This document shows positions 16,673-25,734 of a stretch of 64,000 nucleotides of DNA, piece after piece; the stretch's first letter is position 1; the number at the start of each line of letters is the position of its first letter. The translations under genes were made by a program, and so were the position numbers. The notes beneath the pieces were generated by a model that was given only the letters and a program-made list of their open reading frames with translations, ran no database searches and had not been told where the DNA came from. Where the stretch lies: NCBI GenBank assembly GCA_964551945.1, contig CAZKFH010000002.1:31785-95784 (forward strand). Direction: 5' to 3'. The stretch is from an uncultured Actinomycetes bacterium. Its GTDB lineage: Bacteria; Actinomycetota; UBA4738; CALAEC01.

Positions 16673-17863
16673 ATGACTGACGTGTTCACCCCCAAGTACG
16701 CCGGTCGCGCGGCGCGGATGACGCAGTCCGAGGTTCGCGCGCTCTTCGCCGTGGCGGCGAGGCCCGATGTCATCTCCCTCGCCGGCGGCATGCCCTACGT
16801 GCAGGCCCTGCCCGGGGAGGAGGTGCTGCGCGTGGTCGAGCAGGTCCTTCGCGATCGCTCATGGGTCGCGCTGCAGTACGGGGCCGGCTCGGGACAGGAA
16901 GGCTTGAAGGTCCGGCTCGCCGAGCTGATGGCGGAAGAGGACATCCAGGCCGACCCCGAGCAGCTGCTGATCACGGTCGGCGCGCAACAGGCACTCGACC
17001 TGGTCGGAAAGCTGTTCATCGAGCCGGGGGACACGATCGCGGTCGAGGCACCCTCGTACGTGGGCGCGCTGTCGGCGTTCTCGGTCTACGAGCCGCGCTA
17101 CCTGCAGATCCCGATGGATCAGGACGGGATCATCGTCGAGGAGCTGGAGGAGGCGCTCCGCGGCGACGTCCGGCCCAAGTTCCTGTACGTCTGTCCCAAC
17201 TTTCACAACCCGGCGGGCGTGACGATCTCCGAGGCACGGCGCAAGCGGCTCGTCGAGGTCTGCCGCGCCGCGGAGCTGCCGATCGTGGAGGACGACCCGT
17301 ACGGCATGCTGCGCTTCGAGGGTGAGCCACTCCCCTCGCTCTACTCACTCGACCCCGAGAACGTCATCTACCTCGGCACGCTCTCGAAGATCTTCTGCCC
17401 GGGGATCCGCGTGGGCTGGGCGCTCGCGCCGCCGGACGTGCTCGAGAAGCTGACCCGGTTCAAGGAAGCAGCGGACCTGTGCTCGTCGAACTTCAACATG
17501 CTGGTCGCGGAACAGTGGTTGTCGGAGCCCGAGCGCTGGAAGTCCTCGCTGAAGGGCCTGGTCGAGGTGTACCGCAGCCGCAGGGACACGACCCTGCGCG
17601 CGCTCGAGGAGCACTTCCCCGACGGCTCGACCTGGACGCATCCGCAAGGCGGGTTCTACGTGTGGGCAACCGTGCCGGGCGCCGACCTGCGCGCTCTCCT
17701 TCCCGAAGCGGTCGAGCGGAAGGTGGCGTACGTGCCCGGAACCGCGTTCTATCCGGACGGCACGGGGACGGACCGCATGCGCATCGCGTACTGCTATCCG
17801 CCGGACGACGCGATCGAGGAAGGCATCAGCCGGATCGGTGCGCTCCTCGCAGACCGCGCTTAG
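16673..17863 (+). CDS. PLP-dependent aminotransferase (class I/II fold type I; MocR/LysN-like catalytic domain)
   Basis: The aminotransferase fold is visible in LAGGMPYVQALP...GTLSKIFCPGIRVGW with a Lys-containing motif. The ATG at 16673 is preferred. Confidence 0.75.
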   Translation: MTDVFTPKYAGRAARMTQSEVRALFAVAARPDVISLAGGMPYVQALPGEEVLRVVEQVLRDRSWVALQYGAGSGQEGLKVRLAELMAEEDIQADPEQLLITVGAQQALDLVGKLFIEPGDTIAVEAPSYVGALSAFSVYEPRYLQIPMDQDGIIVEELEEALRGDVRPKFLYVCPNFHNPAGVTISEARRKRLVEVCRAAELPIVEDDPYGMLRFEGEPLPSLYSLDPENVIYLGTLSKIFCPGIRVGWALAPPDVLEKLTRFKEAADLCSSNFNMLVAEQWLSEPERWKSSLKGLVEVYRSRRDTTLRALEEHFPDGSTWTHPQGGFYVWATVPGADLRALLPEAVERKVAYVPGTAFYPDGTGTDRMRIAYCYPPDDAIEEGISRIGALLADRA

Positions 17864-18048
17864 CTGCCGGTTCCGCCGCCTCGAACGATCATCACCAGGA
17901 AGCCGATCGCAAGCAGCGCTCCGACGACGAGCAGCACCGTTCCGTTCTCGCCTCGCCGTCTGCGTTGCACACCCGCCCAGAGCACCGCACCGGCAGCTAC
18001 GGCGATGACCAACGACCCGAAGATGCGACCTGCGCCGTACGCGTCCAT
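17860..18048 (-). CDS. Small two-TM membrane protein (62 aa)
   Basis: The track ORF reads MDAYGAGRIFGSLVIAVAAGAVLW...LLVVGALLAIGFLVMIV. It lies between the aminotransferase and parB. Confidence 0.3.
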   Translation of the reverse strand: MDAYGAGRIFGSLVIAVAAGAVLWAGVQRRRRGENGTVLLVVGALLAIGFLVMIVRGGGTGS

Positions 18049-18944
18049 CAGTCCACGATGAGGTCGACGATCCGCTCGAGGTCGGCCTTCGAACCGAACT
18101 CGATGACGATCTTGCCTTTGCGTTTCGCACGCTGGACGCGCACACGAGTTCCGAGCGCGTCGCCCAACGCTTCCTCGATCTGCATGAGCTTCGCGTCTCG
18201 GGGCGGCCGCTCTGGCGCGGGGGTACCCACCACCGGGCTGCGGGTGTAGGTCCGAACGAGCTCCTCGGTCTGCTTGACCGACAGTCCTTCGGCCGCGACC
18301 CGCTGCGCAAGCGCGGTCTGTCCTTCGGGATCCTCCAGCGAGAGCAGCGCGCGGCCATGGGCGGCGGTGATCCTGCCCTCGGCCAGGAACCCCTGCACCT
18401 CCGGCGGAAGGTTCAGCAGGCGGATCGTGTTCGCGATGTGCGGCCGTGAATGGCCGAGCCGCCGAGCCAGGTCTTCCTGCGTGACACCGAGCTCGTCCTG
18501 CAGCTCCTGGAAGGCCGAGGCCTGCTCGAGCGGCGCGAGGTCCTGCCGGTGGATGTTCTCGATGAGCGCTTCGCGAAGGGATTCGGTGTCGTCGGAGGTA
18601 CGGATGATCGCCGGCACCGTCGCGAGCCCCGCCATCCGAGCCGCTCGCAGCCGCCGCTCCCCCGCCACCAGCTCGTAGCTGTCGTCCTCGACCTTCCGGA
18701 CGACGATCGGTTGCAGCACGCCGATCTCGCGGATCGAACGCGCGAGCGCTTCCAGACTCTCGTCGTCGAACGACTGTCTCGGCTGTCGGCGGTTCGGCGC
18801 GACCGCGTTCACCGGCACCTCGATCAGGGAGGTATCGTCTGCGGCCCCGGGGATCAGCGCCGAGAGCCCCCGTCCCAGGCCGCCTCGCTGCGTCGTCACG
18901 ACTCCTCGCCTCCTTCGGATTGTCCGTTCCCGCCGCTCGGCCAC
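18048..18944 (-). CDS. parB: Chromosome partitioning protein ParB
   Basis: Has the ParB box GERRLRAA, an HTH region, and a C-terminal dimerisation domain. It lies in the parAB–rsmG cluster. Confidence 0.9.
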   Translation of the reverse strand: MAERRERTIRRRRGVVTTQRGGLGRGLSALIPGAADDTSLIEVPVNAVAPNRRQPRQSFDDESLEALARSIREIGVLQPIVVRKVEDDSYELVAGERRLRAARMAGLATVPAIIRTSDDTESLREALIENIHRQDLAPLEQASAFQELQDELGVTQEDLARRLGHSRPHIANTIRLLNLPPEVQGFLAEGRITAAHGRALLSLEDPEGQTALAQRVAAEGLSVKQTEELVRTYTRSPVVGTPAPERPPRDAKLMQIEEALGDALGTRVRVQRAKRKGKIVIEFGSKADLERIVDLIVD

Positions 18945-19912
18945 TCCTGGGACTCGACCAGCTCGGTCATCGTGCTCGGCCCGCTTGCACCCTCCTCTTC
19001 GGGTTCACCCTCCTCGGTCATGTGCTCCGGACGCTCGATCGCTATGACCGACGGCGGCTCGTCCTCGGGCAACGGGAGGTCCATGGCCTCTCGTCTGAGG
19101 AACTCCTTGGCCAGGTCGCGGTAGGCCTTGGCACCCTTGGACTGTGGGTCGTACAGGGTGATCGGGAGACCAAAGCCCGGCGCCTCGGAGAGCCGAACCG
19201 TACGAGGTATGATGGTGTCATACACGCGGGGCCCGAAGTACCGCTTCACCTCGGCCACGACCTGCTCGGAGAGCTTCGTGCGGCTGTCGAACATCGTCAT
19301 CACGATCCCCGTGAGGCGGAGCTTCGGATTCAGGTTCTGTTGGACCAGCCGGACGTTGCGCAGGAGCTGACCCAGTCCCTCCAGGGCGTAGTACTCGCAC
19401 TGGATCGGGACGATGAGCTCGTCGCACGCGGTGAGCGCGTTGACGGTGAGCAGCCCGAGCGAGGGTGGGCAGTCCACGATCAGGAAGTCATAGCTCTGCA
19501 GCACCGGCTCGACCGCACGAAGGAGCTTCGTCTCACGCGAGATCTGGCCGACCAGCTCGATCTCGGCCCCCGCGAGGTCGATGGTCGACGGGATGGCCCA
19601 CAGGCCCGGAACCGCCGTCTCCATGACGGCCTCCTGGACGGGGACGCCCTGCGACATCACCTGATACACGCCAACCTGCCGGCGGCCCGGCTCGATACCG
19701 AGACCGGTGGACGCGTTGCCCTGGGGGTCCATGTCGATGATCAGGACCCGCTTCCCGATCTCCGCGACCGCCGCGCCGAGGTTCACGGCCGTCGTGCTCT
19801 TCCCCACCCCGCCCTTTTGATTGGCGACGGCCACGACCCGCGCCTTTCGAGACGGGTCGATGGGAGTCTCAACCTCGGGTTGAGGCTTGGTTGCGGTCGC
19901 GGAGGGGATCAT
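18896..19912 (-). CDS. parA: Chromosome partitioning ATPase ParA/Soj
   Basis: The deviant Walker A is KGGVGKST. ParA family motifs are present. A 49-nt overlap with parB suggests a slightly later parB start. Confidence 0.9.
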   Translation of the reverse strand: MIPSATATKPQPEVETPIDPSRKARVVAVANQKGGVGKSTTAVNLGAAVAEIGKRVLIIDMDPQGNASTGLGIEPGRRQVGVYQVMSQGVPVQEAVMETAVPGLWAIPSTIDLAGAEIELVGQISRETKLLRAVEPVLQSYDFLIVDCPPSLGLLTVNALTACDELIVPIQCEYYALEGLGQLLRNVRLVQQNLNPKLRLTGIVMTMFDSRTKLSEQVVAEVKRYFGPRVYDTIIPRTVRLSEAPGFGLPITLYDPQSKGAKAYRDLAKEFLRREAMDLPLPEDEPPSVIAIERPEHMTEEGEPEEEGASGPSTMTELVESQEWPSGGNGQSEGGEES

Positions 19913-20502
19913 AGGGTCGCTCGCGTCATGATAACGAGTGGAGAGAAATCCGCAATCACACGCTCCACATCAACGCTTGCAGGAGCCTCAGCGGAGTCCA
20001 TCTCGCCGGCAGCTGCAGCCGGATCCACTAGGCCTTCTCCCGCGAAGTAGATCAATCGACCGCCCGGCCGAAGAACCCTCAGGGCGGCCTCCCAGGATCG
20101 CTCCATCGGACCGAACGCCCTTGTTGTAGCGACATCCACGCTCATCTCGACCTCCTCGACCCTGGTTGGCAAGATCTCGACGTTGCCCAGATGCAGGCGG
20201 GACACGGCCAGCTCCAGGAACGCAACGGCCCTCTGCTTGGGCTCCAGGAGCGTCACCTCGAGGTCGGGCTTCGCGATGGCGAGCACGAGGCCGGGGAGAC
20301 CAGCACCGGGCCCGATATCGCACAGAGCCTCATCGCCGCTCAGGATCAACGATGCGGCTCGAAGCGAATCGTGGACATGTCGCTCCCCCAGACGCTCCAT
20401 GTCCGATGCGGCGATCAGACCGAGGCTTACGGCCCGGTCGCGCAGGAGGCTCTCGAAGGACTCCAGCTGATCGAGCTGAGCGGGGGGGAGATCCTTCGGC
20501 AT
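19909..20502 (-). CDS. rsmG: 16S rRNA (guanine527-N7)-methyltransferase RsmG/GidB
   Basis: The SAM-binding motif DIGPGAGLPGLVLA is present. It is at the conserved position downstream of parA. Confidence 0.9.
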   Translation of the reverse strand: MPKDLPPAQLDQLESFESLLRDRAVSLGLIAASDMERLGERHVHDSLRAASLILSGDEALCDIGPGAGLPGLVLAIAKPDLEVTLLEPKQRAVAFLELAVSRLHLGNVEILPTRVEEVEMSVDVATTRAFGPMERSWEAALRVLRPGGRLIYFAGEGLVDPAAAAGEMDSAEAPASVDVERVIADFSPLVIMTRATL

Positions 20503-20585
20503 CCCCGGAAATGTACCTGAATCTGGCGCGATGTGGGCCCTGACCTGCGGGGATGCGCGATCGTTTCTGAGAAACAGTGGGAGCG

Positions 20586-21236
20586 TTAGCGCTTCTTGCT
20601 GATAACGACGTAGCGCTCCGGGTCCTCACCCTCGCTCGCCGTCTCGACTCCCCCGGTCTCACTCACGACGTCGTGGACGATCTTGCGCTCGTAGGAAGTC
20701 ATCGGCTCCAGGCTCTCTGCGTTGCCCGTGCGGAGCACCTTCGCGGCGGCCGCTCGACCTCGATCGGAGAGCTGTGCCCGACGCCGCTTGCGATAGTCCT
20801 CCATGTCGATCATGAACCGACACCGGCTCTCGGTCTGGCGCTGAACCGCGGAGCGAACGATCTCCTGCAGGGCATCGAGGGTCTGGCCGTGCCTGCCGAT
20901 CAGAAGGCCGATGCCCTCGTCGCTCGTCGCCAGCACGTCCACGTACATGACGTTGTCCACGACGTTGTGGTCGAGATCCGCGTCGATCCCCATCCGTTCG
21001 AGGAGGCCCGCGAGGAAATCCTCAGCCAGCTCGGCCTGCTCCTCAGCCTCGACTCCGCTCGCATCATCCCGGACGCGCACTCGCACGATGGCCTCTTGGG
21101 AGCCAAACCCGAGCAGCCCGCGCTGAGAGTCCTGCACGATCTCGACCGAGGCTTCTTGCTCGCTTACCCCGAGCTCCGCCAGGGCAGCCTCGATCGCTTC
21201 CTCAACGCTTGCGGCGCTTCTTTCTACTTCCCGCAT
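20586..21236 (-). CDS. jag: Jag/KhpB R3H-domain RNA-binding protein
   Basis: Shows the Jag_N, KH and R3H domains (LEPMTSYERKIVHDVVSETGGVET). It is the yidC-associated gene. Confidence 0.8.
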   Translation of the reverse strand: MREVERSAASVEEAIEAALAELGVSEQEASVEIVQDSQRGLLGFGSQEAIVRVRVRDDASGVEAEEQAELAEDFLAGLLERMGIDADLDHNVVDNVMYVDVLATSDEGIGLLIGRHGQTLDALQEIVRSAVQRQTESRCRFMIDMEDYRKRRRAQLSDRGRAAAAKVLRTGNAESLEPMTSYERKIVHDVVSETGGVETASEGEDPERYVVISKKR

Positions 21237-22065
21237 TTCGAGTCCCCTGCTGAGTGGGCGGTTGTGGGTCCTTCTTCACGACTTCGGCGGAGCCGTTCCC
21301 CTTTCCATCCCCCGCGGGAGTCGTCGTCGAGCGATTCAGCATGACCTGTTGCTGCGCGATCTGCCACACGTTCGTCGTCACCCAGTAGACGAGCACGCCG
21401 GCCGCGATGCTGTAGGAGATCACCCCAAGAAAGGCTGGCATGATCGTGGTCATGAGCTTCATGTTCGCAGCCTGCGGGCCCGTGGAGGCCTTCTGCATCT
21501 GCTTCTGCTGGTAGAACATCGTGCCAACCATGAGAGCCATCATCACGAAGTAGGGGATCGCCGCACCGACTCCTCCCGCACCGCAATCCAGGCTCGGAAG
21601 GGCATCTGGGTTCATCGCCGCGGCGGGGGAGCACGCGAGGTTCATGCTCAGGAATCGCTCCTGTCCGCCGACGATGGCGGCCTTCAGCGACGACCCGTCC
21701 GGCAGATGCTGAATACCTCCTCCGCCGGTGAGGACCTGGTACAGCGCGAAGAAGACGGGGAGTTGCAGGAGGAGCGGAAGGCACCCGCCGAGCGGGTTGA
21801 CCTGGTGCTCCTTGTAGAGCTTCATTAGCTCTTCGTTCAGCTTCTGCCGGTTGCCTTTGTACTTCCTCTGGAGCTCCTTGACCTTCGGCTGGATCTGCTG
21901 CATCTGCTGCATGGACCGCGTCTGCTTGATCGTCAGCGGCAGCAAGAGCACCCGAACGAAGACCGTGAGGAGGACGATCGCCACGCCGTAGCTTGGAAGC
22001 AGGTCGTAGAAGAACGACAGGACGCTCCCGAGTCCGCTGAGCAGGCCGTGCCAGAGCTCGATCAT
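21202..22065 (-). CDS. yidC: Membrane protein insertase YidC
   Basis: The 60 kDa_IMP core has five transmembrane segments. The C-terminal basic tail is KKRRKR. It sits at the conserved position upstream of jag. Confidence 0.85.
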   Translation of the reverse strand: MIELWHGLLSGLGSVLSFFYDLLPSYGVAIVLLTVFVRVLLLPLTIKQTRSMQQMQQIQPKVKELQRKYKGNRQKLNEELMKLYKEHQVNPLGGCLPLLLQLPVFFALYQVLTGGGGIQHLPDGSSLKAAIVGGQERFLSMNLACSPAAAMNPDALPSLDCGAGGVGAAIPYFVMMALMVGTMFYQQKQMQKASTGPQAANMKLMTTIMPAFLGVISYSIAAGVLVYWVTTNVWQIAQQQVMLNRSTTTPAGDGKGNGSAEVVKKDPQPPTQQGTRNAGSRKKRRKR

Positions 22066-22120
22066 TGGGTGAGATCCCTGTATGACGTTGTCATATACAC
22101 CTTAGTCCCGTACGACATCG

Positions 22121-22396
22121 TCATACGACAGCCTCGGAACGCCAAGTTCCCCTGGCGGGAACCGGATCGAGACCGCCCGCGGTCAGCGGGCTGCAACGAG
22201 TGACGCGCCAAGCCGCAAGAGCAATGCCCTTGAAGGGTCCGTGCACGTTGATCGCCTCGACCGCGTAGGCCGAGCAGGTGGGATGAAAACGACACCGTCC
22301 GACGAGCAGCTGTCCGATCGTCACCCGGTACAGGGAGATGATCGCGACCAGCACCCATCGCAGGGGAGCGCCCATGAGTCGGCTCACCTTCCGCAT
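22121..22396 (-). CDS. yidD: Membrane protein insertion efficiency factor YidD
   Basis: The start is inferred at the ATG at 22394..22396, which overlaps the rnpA stop. The motif [15 protein letters not shown] is characteristic. Confidence 0.75.
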   Translation of the reverse strand: MRKVSRLMGAPLRWVLVAIISLYRVTIGQLLVGRCRFHPTCSAYAVEAINVHGPFKGIALAAWRVTRCSPLTAGGLDPVPARGTWRSEAVV

Positions 22397-22755
22397 CAGC
22401 GCATCAGCCCCGCATCCGTGAACAGTTGTTGAATCTCCTCGATCAGCTCCGGAGCCTTCGAGCGACCGAACGGTCCTCGGGCAACCAGAACGACATCGTG
22501 CCCGTCCTGGACCCGTGGCCAAAGCGCTCGAGATGCTTCCCGAAGCAGGCGCCGAGCGCGATTGCGGGCGACGGCACCTCCGACACGTTTCCCGGTCACC
22601 CAGGCCGCCCGTGAAGGGCCCGGCCGGGGCGCGACGTACACTACCACCCGCTCGGATCTATGGGGCCTGCCCTCGCGGAGGGTTCGTCGGATCGCCGGAG
22701 GATCGACTCGCTCAGGAGGCGAGCCTGACCCGGCCCTTCTTACGGCGCCGGCCAA
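22396..22755 (-). CDS. rnpA: RNase P protein component RnpA (start uncertain; the frame overlaps rpmH)
   Basis: Has the RnpA-like basic region [20 protein letters not shown]. There is no in-frame ATG or GTG between the rpmH stop at 22712 and 22755. Confidence 0.6.
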   Translation of the reverse strand: MAGAVRRAGSGSPPERVDPPAIRRTLREGRPHRSERVVVYVAPRPGPSRAAWVTGKRVGGAVARNRARRLLREASRALWPRVQDGHDVVLVARGPFGRSKAPELIEEIQQLFTDAGLMR

Positions 22756-22846
22756 GGATCGTGCGGCCGGCCCGGGTGCGCATCCTCGAACGGAAGCCGT
22801 GCGTCTTCTTCCGCCGTCGCGTGCTGGGTTGGTAGGTCCTCTTCAT
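22712..22846 (-). CDS. rpmH: 50S ribosomal protein L34
   Basis: Translates as [44 protein letters not shown], 44 aa. It is absent from the ORF track because it is under 60 aa. Confidence 0.9.
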   Translation of the reverse strand: MKRTYQPSTRRRKKTHGFRSRMRTRAGRTILGRRRKKGRVRLAS

Positions 22847-23049
22847 GGAGGCAATTAAAGTAACAAAAGGACGCGCCTTCCGCGTTTCCCCAGGTCAGCA
22901 CGTGTATCACCGCGCGGCGACGATTTGGGTGCTGAGAAGGCCCGGGCTATACTCGCCCCTGTACTTCCCTCCGGGACCGCCTCGAGGCGGTCCCGATTTG
23001 TCTTCCCCAGCAGTTTGCACACCTGTGGAAAAGAGGTGTGGACAAGGAT
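22847..23049. promoter_or_regulatory. rpmH–dnaA divergent intergenic region with DnaA boxes and an AT-rich patch
   Basis: AT-rich GGCAATTAAAGTAACAAAAGG sits at about 22849..22873. A TATACT -10-like hexamer lies near 22948. CCTGTGGAAA is the reverse complement of the TTTCCACAGG motif. TGTGGACAA at 23037..23045 is the reverse complement of TTGTCCACA, the actinobacterial DnaA-box consensus, and overlaps the dnaA start. Confidence 0.6.
22972..23005 (+). terminator. Perfect 10-bp stem hairpin (CGGGACCGCC-TCGA-GGCGGTCCCG) followed by the T-rich ATTTGTCTT; terminator- or attenuator-like element ~40 nt upstream of dnaA
   Basis: The inverted repeat was read directly from the sequence. No plus-strand gene lies upstream, since rpmH is on the minus strand. 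Confidence 0.4.
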
Positions 23050-24411
23050 ATGACCGGGGAAGCTGATGCAATCTGGACACAGGCCGCCGAGCGGATCAAG
23101 CAGGAGGTCCCTCCCGGCACGTTCAACCTGTGGTTCGCACACGTGCGAGCCGCGCAGGTCGACGAGCGCAGCCTGGAGCTGACCGCTCCGAGTGAGTACG
23201 TCCGGACCTGGCTGTCGCGCAACCACCTGGATCTGATCACGAAGCTGGTCGGCCAGGTGAGCGGGCGTCCGCTCGAGGTGCGGCTCGAGGCCGACGAGAC
23301 GGAGCCTGCCCCCGATCCCTCCGTTCTGCTCGAGCCGGCGCCCAGCTCCCCGGAGCGCCCGTCCGACGCGGCGCCCTCCTCGTATCCATCGCGCTACTCG
23401 TTCGACAACTTCGTGCTCGGGCCCTCGAACCGGTTCGCGCACGCCGCAGCGATGGCGGTCGCCGAGGCCGCCCCCGCGCAGGCCTACAACCCGCTGTTCA
23501 TCTACGGGGGAGTGGGGCTCGGCAAGACGCACCTCATGTACGCGATCGCGAACCACATGCGCCGGATGGCGCCCGGGGTGCAGGCCAAGTACGTGACCTC
23601 CGAGACGTTCGTCACCGAGTTCATCAAGTCGATCCGTGACGGGCAGGGGTATCTCTTCCAACGTAGGTATCGCGACGTGGACGTGCTCCTCGTGGACGAC
23701 ATCCAGTTCCTCGCGAGGGCTGAGGAGACCCAGACCGAGTTCTTCCACACGTTCAACACGCTTCACGGGGGAGAGCGACAGATCGTGATCGCGTCGGACC
23801 GGCCGCCCCAGGAGCTGTCGGGCCTGGCCGAGCGATTGCGCAACCGTTTCCGGTGGGGCTTGATCGTCGACGTCCAGCCCCCGAACCTCGAGACACGCAT
23901 CGCGATCCTGCAGGCGAAGCTCCTTCGAGACAACCTGCGCGTGCCCAACGGTGTTGTGAACTTCATCGCGCAGCGCTTCGACGCGAACATCCGTGAGCTC
24001 GAAGGTGCGCTGCTGCGCGTGGTCGCGTTCGCATCGCTCTCGCGCCAACCGATGGATCTGGAGCTGGCGGAACGGGCGCTCGAGGACCTCCTACCACAGG
24101 GCGGTCAGCAGGTTCCCGCGGAAACGATCATGACCGAGACCGCGGACTACTTCGGCCTCCGGCGGGAGGACCTCGTCTCGAAGAGCCGGTCGCGGCCACT
24201 TACAACCGCGCGGCACGTCGCGATGTATCTCATGCGAGAGCTCACTGGTCTGTCCCTCATCAAGATCGGCGAGCTTTTCGAGCGCGATCACTCGACGGCA
24301 CTTCACGGCATAAAGCGCATCGAGAACCTCATGCCGAACCGCGACACCGTCTACCGACAGGTGCAGGAGATCACCAAGCGGATCAACACCAGAGCGCGGG
24401 GGACGAGGTGA
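23038..24411 (+). CDS. dnaA: Chromosomal replication initiator DnaA
   Basis: Has the AAA+ Walker A GGVGLGKTHL and the C-terminal DnaA-box-binding domain (TARHVAMYLMRELTGLSLIKIGELF). An alternative start is the ATG at 23050. Confidence 0.95.
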   Translation: MDKDMTGEADAIWTQAAERIKQEVPPGTFNLWFAHVRAAQVDERSLELTAPSEYVRTWLSRNHLDLITKLVGQVSGRPLEVRLEADETEPAPDPSVLLEPAPSSPERPSDAAPSSYPSRYSFDNFVLGPSNRFAHAAAMAVAEAAPAQAYNPLFIYGGVGLGKTHLMYAIANHMRRMAPGVQAKYVTSETFVTEFIKSIRDGQGYLFQRRYRDVDVLLVDDIQFLARAEETQTEFFHTFNTLHGGERQIVIASDRPPQELSGLAERLRNRFRWGLIVDVQPPNLETRIAILQAKLLRDNLRVPNGVVNFIAQRFDANIRELEGALLRVVAFASLSRQPMDLELAERALEDLLPQGGQQVPAETIMTETADYFGLRREDLVSKSRSRPLTTARHVAMYLMRELTGLSLIKIGELFERDHSTALHGIKRIENLMPNRDTVYRQVQEITKRINTRARGTR

Positions 24412-24613
24412 GGAAAACCTGTGGAGGAAACGACGGCCATGTGTCCCCAGTGGTTTGGGGTGTGGAGAACTCACTCACTGTCCACACGCTACGCACATGT
24501 CAGACCCACGGCCTACGCTCGGTGTTTGCGGGGTTATCCCGGTTTCCACAGGCACTACTACTAGTACTGGTCTTGAACTAGATGAAGAGAAGAATAGAAG
24601 GGGAGGTGGAGAA
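24412..24613. promoter_or_regulatory. oriC core, dnaA–dnaN intergenic: a DnaA-box cluster plus an AT-rich unwinding element with a trinucleotide (DnaA-trio-like) repeat
   Basis: DnaA-box-like 9-mers are CCTGTGGAG, TGTGGAGAA, CTGTCCACA (24478..24486), TTATCCCGG and TTTCCACAGG. An AT-rich stretch spans 24553..24600. The repeat CAC-TAC-TAC-TAG-TAC lies immediately 3' of a box. This is the mycobacterial-type oriC location. Confidence 0.7.
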
Positions 24614-25717
24614 GTGAAGTTCAGGTGCGATCGAGACCTTCTTTCGGAGGCTCTGCAGACGGTGCAACGTGGTGTCTCCACTCGGCCGGGGATCCCCGCC
24701 CTGACCGGTGTGCTCATGACGATCGATGCGGAGGGGCTTGCCCTGACGACGACCGACCTCGAGGTTACGACCGAGGTCCGGATCCCCGTCGAGGCGACCG
24801 AGGATGGCAACACGCTCGTGCCAGCCCGCCTCATCGCGGACATGGTCAAGTCTCTGCCGGCCGACGCCGTGGACTTCGAGAGCGATGGATCACGCGCGAA
24901 GGTCGTCTGTCGCAGCTTCGAGGGCACACTTCGGTGCCTCGCTGCGGAAGACTTCCCCGCCGTCCGTGATGTGGAGGGCATCAGCGTCAAGGTCCAGGCA
25001 CAGGCGTTCTCCGAGGGCGTGGGACAGGTTGCTCGCGCTGCCTCACGGGACGAAGCGCGCCCCGTGCTCACCGGTGTGCTGATGGAGGCCAACCGCGAGG
25101 GATTGATCATCGTCGCGACGGACTCCTACCGCCTCGCGGTCAAGGAGCTCAGCGCGAGCGCGGGGGGAGAAGCCCGTGCCCTGGTCCCGGAGCGAGCCCT
25201 GACGGAGGCAGGACGTGCCGCAGCTGGACAGGAGAAGGGTGACGTCGAGCTTGTCATCGGCGAGGCGCAGGTGGTGTTTCGTGTCGGGACGCTTCGGTTG
25301 ACATCCAGGCTGATCGACGGCGAGTTCCCGAACTACCGTCAACTGCTGCCGGAGCCGGCCGAGAACAAGCTCTCCGCGGGTCGCCAGGAGCTCCTGGAGG
25401 CCGTGCGGCGTGTGGGGCTGTTGGCACGGGAATCGTCACCGGTTCGCTTCGAGCTGAACGCTCTCGGGGTACGCCTCACGTCGGCATCACCGGACCTCGG
25501 TGAGGCTGTGGAGGCGGTTGAGGCGAAGTACGAGGGCGAGGAGATCACGGCGGCCTTCAACCCCGGCTACCTCGGCGACGGCCTGTCGGTAGCCGTGGCG
25601 GATCGAGTGACTCTCGAGCTGCGGGACGGCCTGAAGCCGGCACTGGTTCGTGGGGAAGGTGACGACTCCTTCACGTATCTCGTGATGCCGGTGCGTCTTC
25701 CCGCGCCGGTCGGCTAG
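24614..25717 (+). CDS. dnaN: DNA polymerase III beta sliding clamp
   Basis: The GTG at 24614 is preceded by a GGGAGGTGGAG ribosome-binding site. The N-terminus VKFRCDRDLLSEALQTVQRGVS matches DnaN. The track's longer ORF 24455..25717 spans oriC. Confidence 0.9.
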   Translation: MKFRCDRDLLSEALQTVQRGVSTRPGIPALTGVLMTIDAEGLALTTTDLEVTTEVRIPVEATEDGNTLVPARLIADMVKSLPADAVDFESDGSRAKVVCRSFEGTLRCLAAEDFPAVRDVEGISVKVQAQAFSEGVGQVARAASRDEARPVLTGVLMEANREGLIIVATDSYRLAVKELSASAGGEARALVPERALTEAGRAAAGQEKGDVELVIGEAQVVFRVGTLRLTSRLIDGEFPNYRQLLPEPAENKLSAGRQELLEAVRRVGLLARESSPVRFELNALGVRLTSASPDLGEAVEAVEAKYEGEEITAAFNPGYLGDGLSVAVADRVTLELRDGLKPALVRGEGDDSFTYLVMPVRLPAPVG

Positions 25718-25734
25718 GAGCACCACTGCGACTG

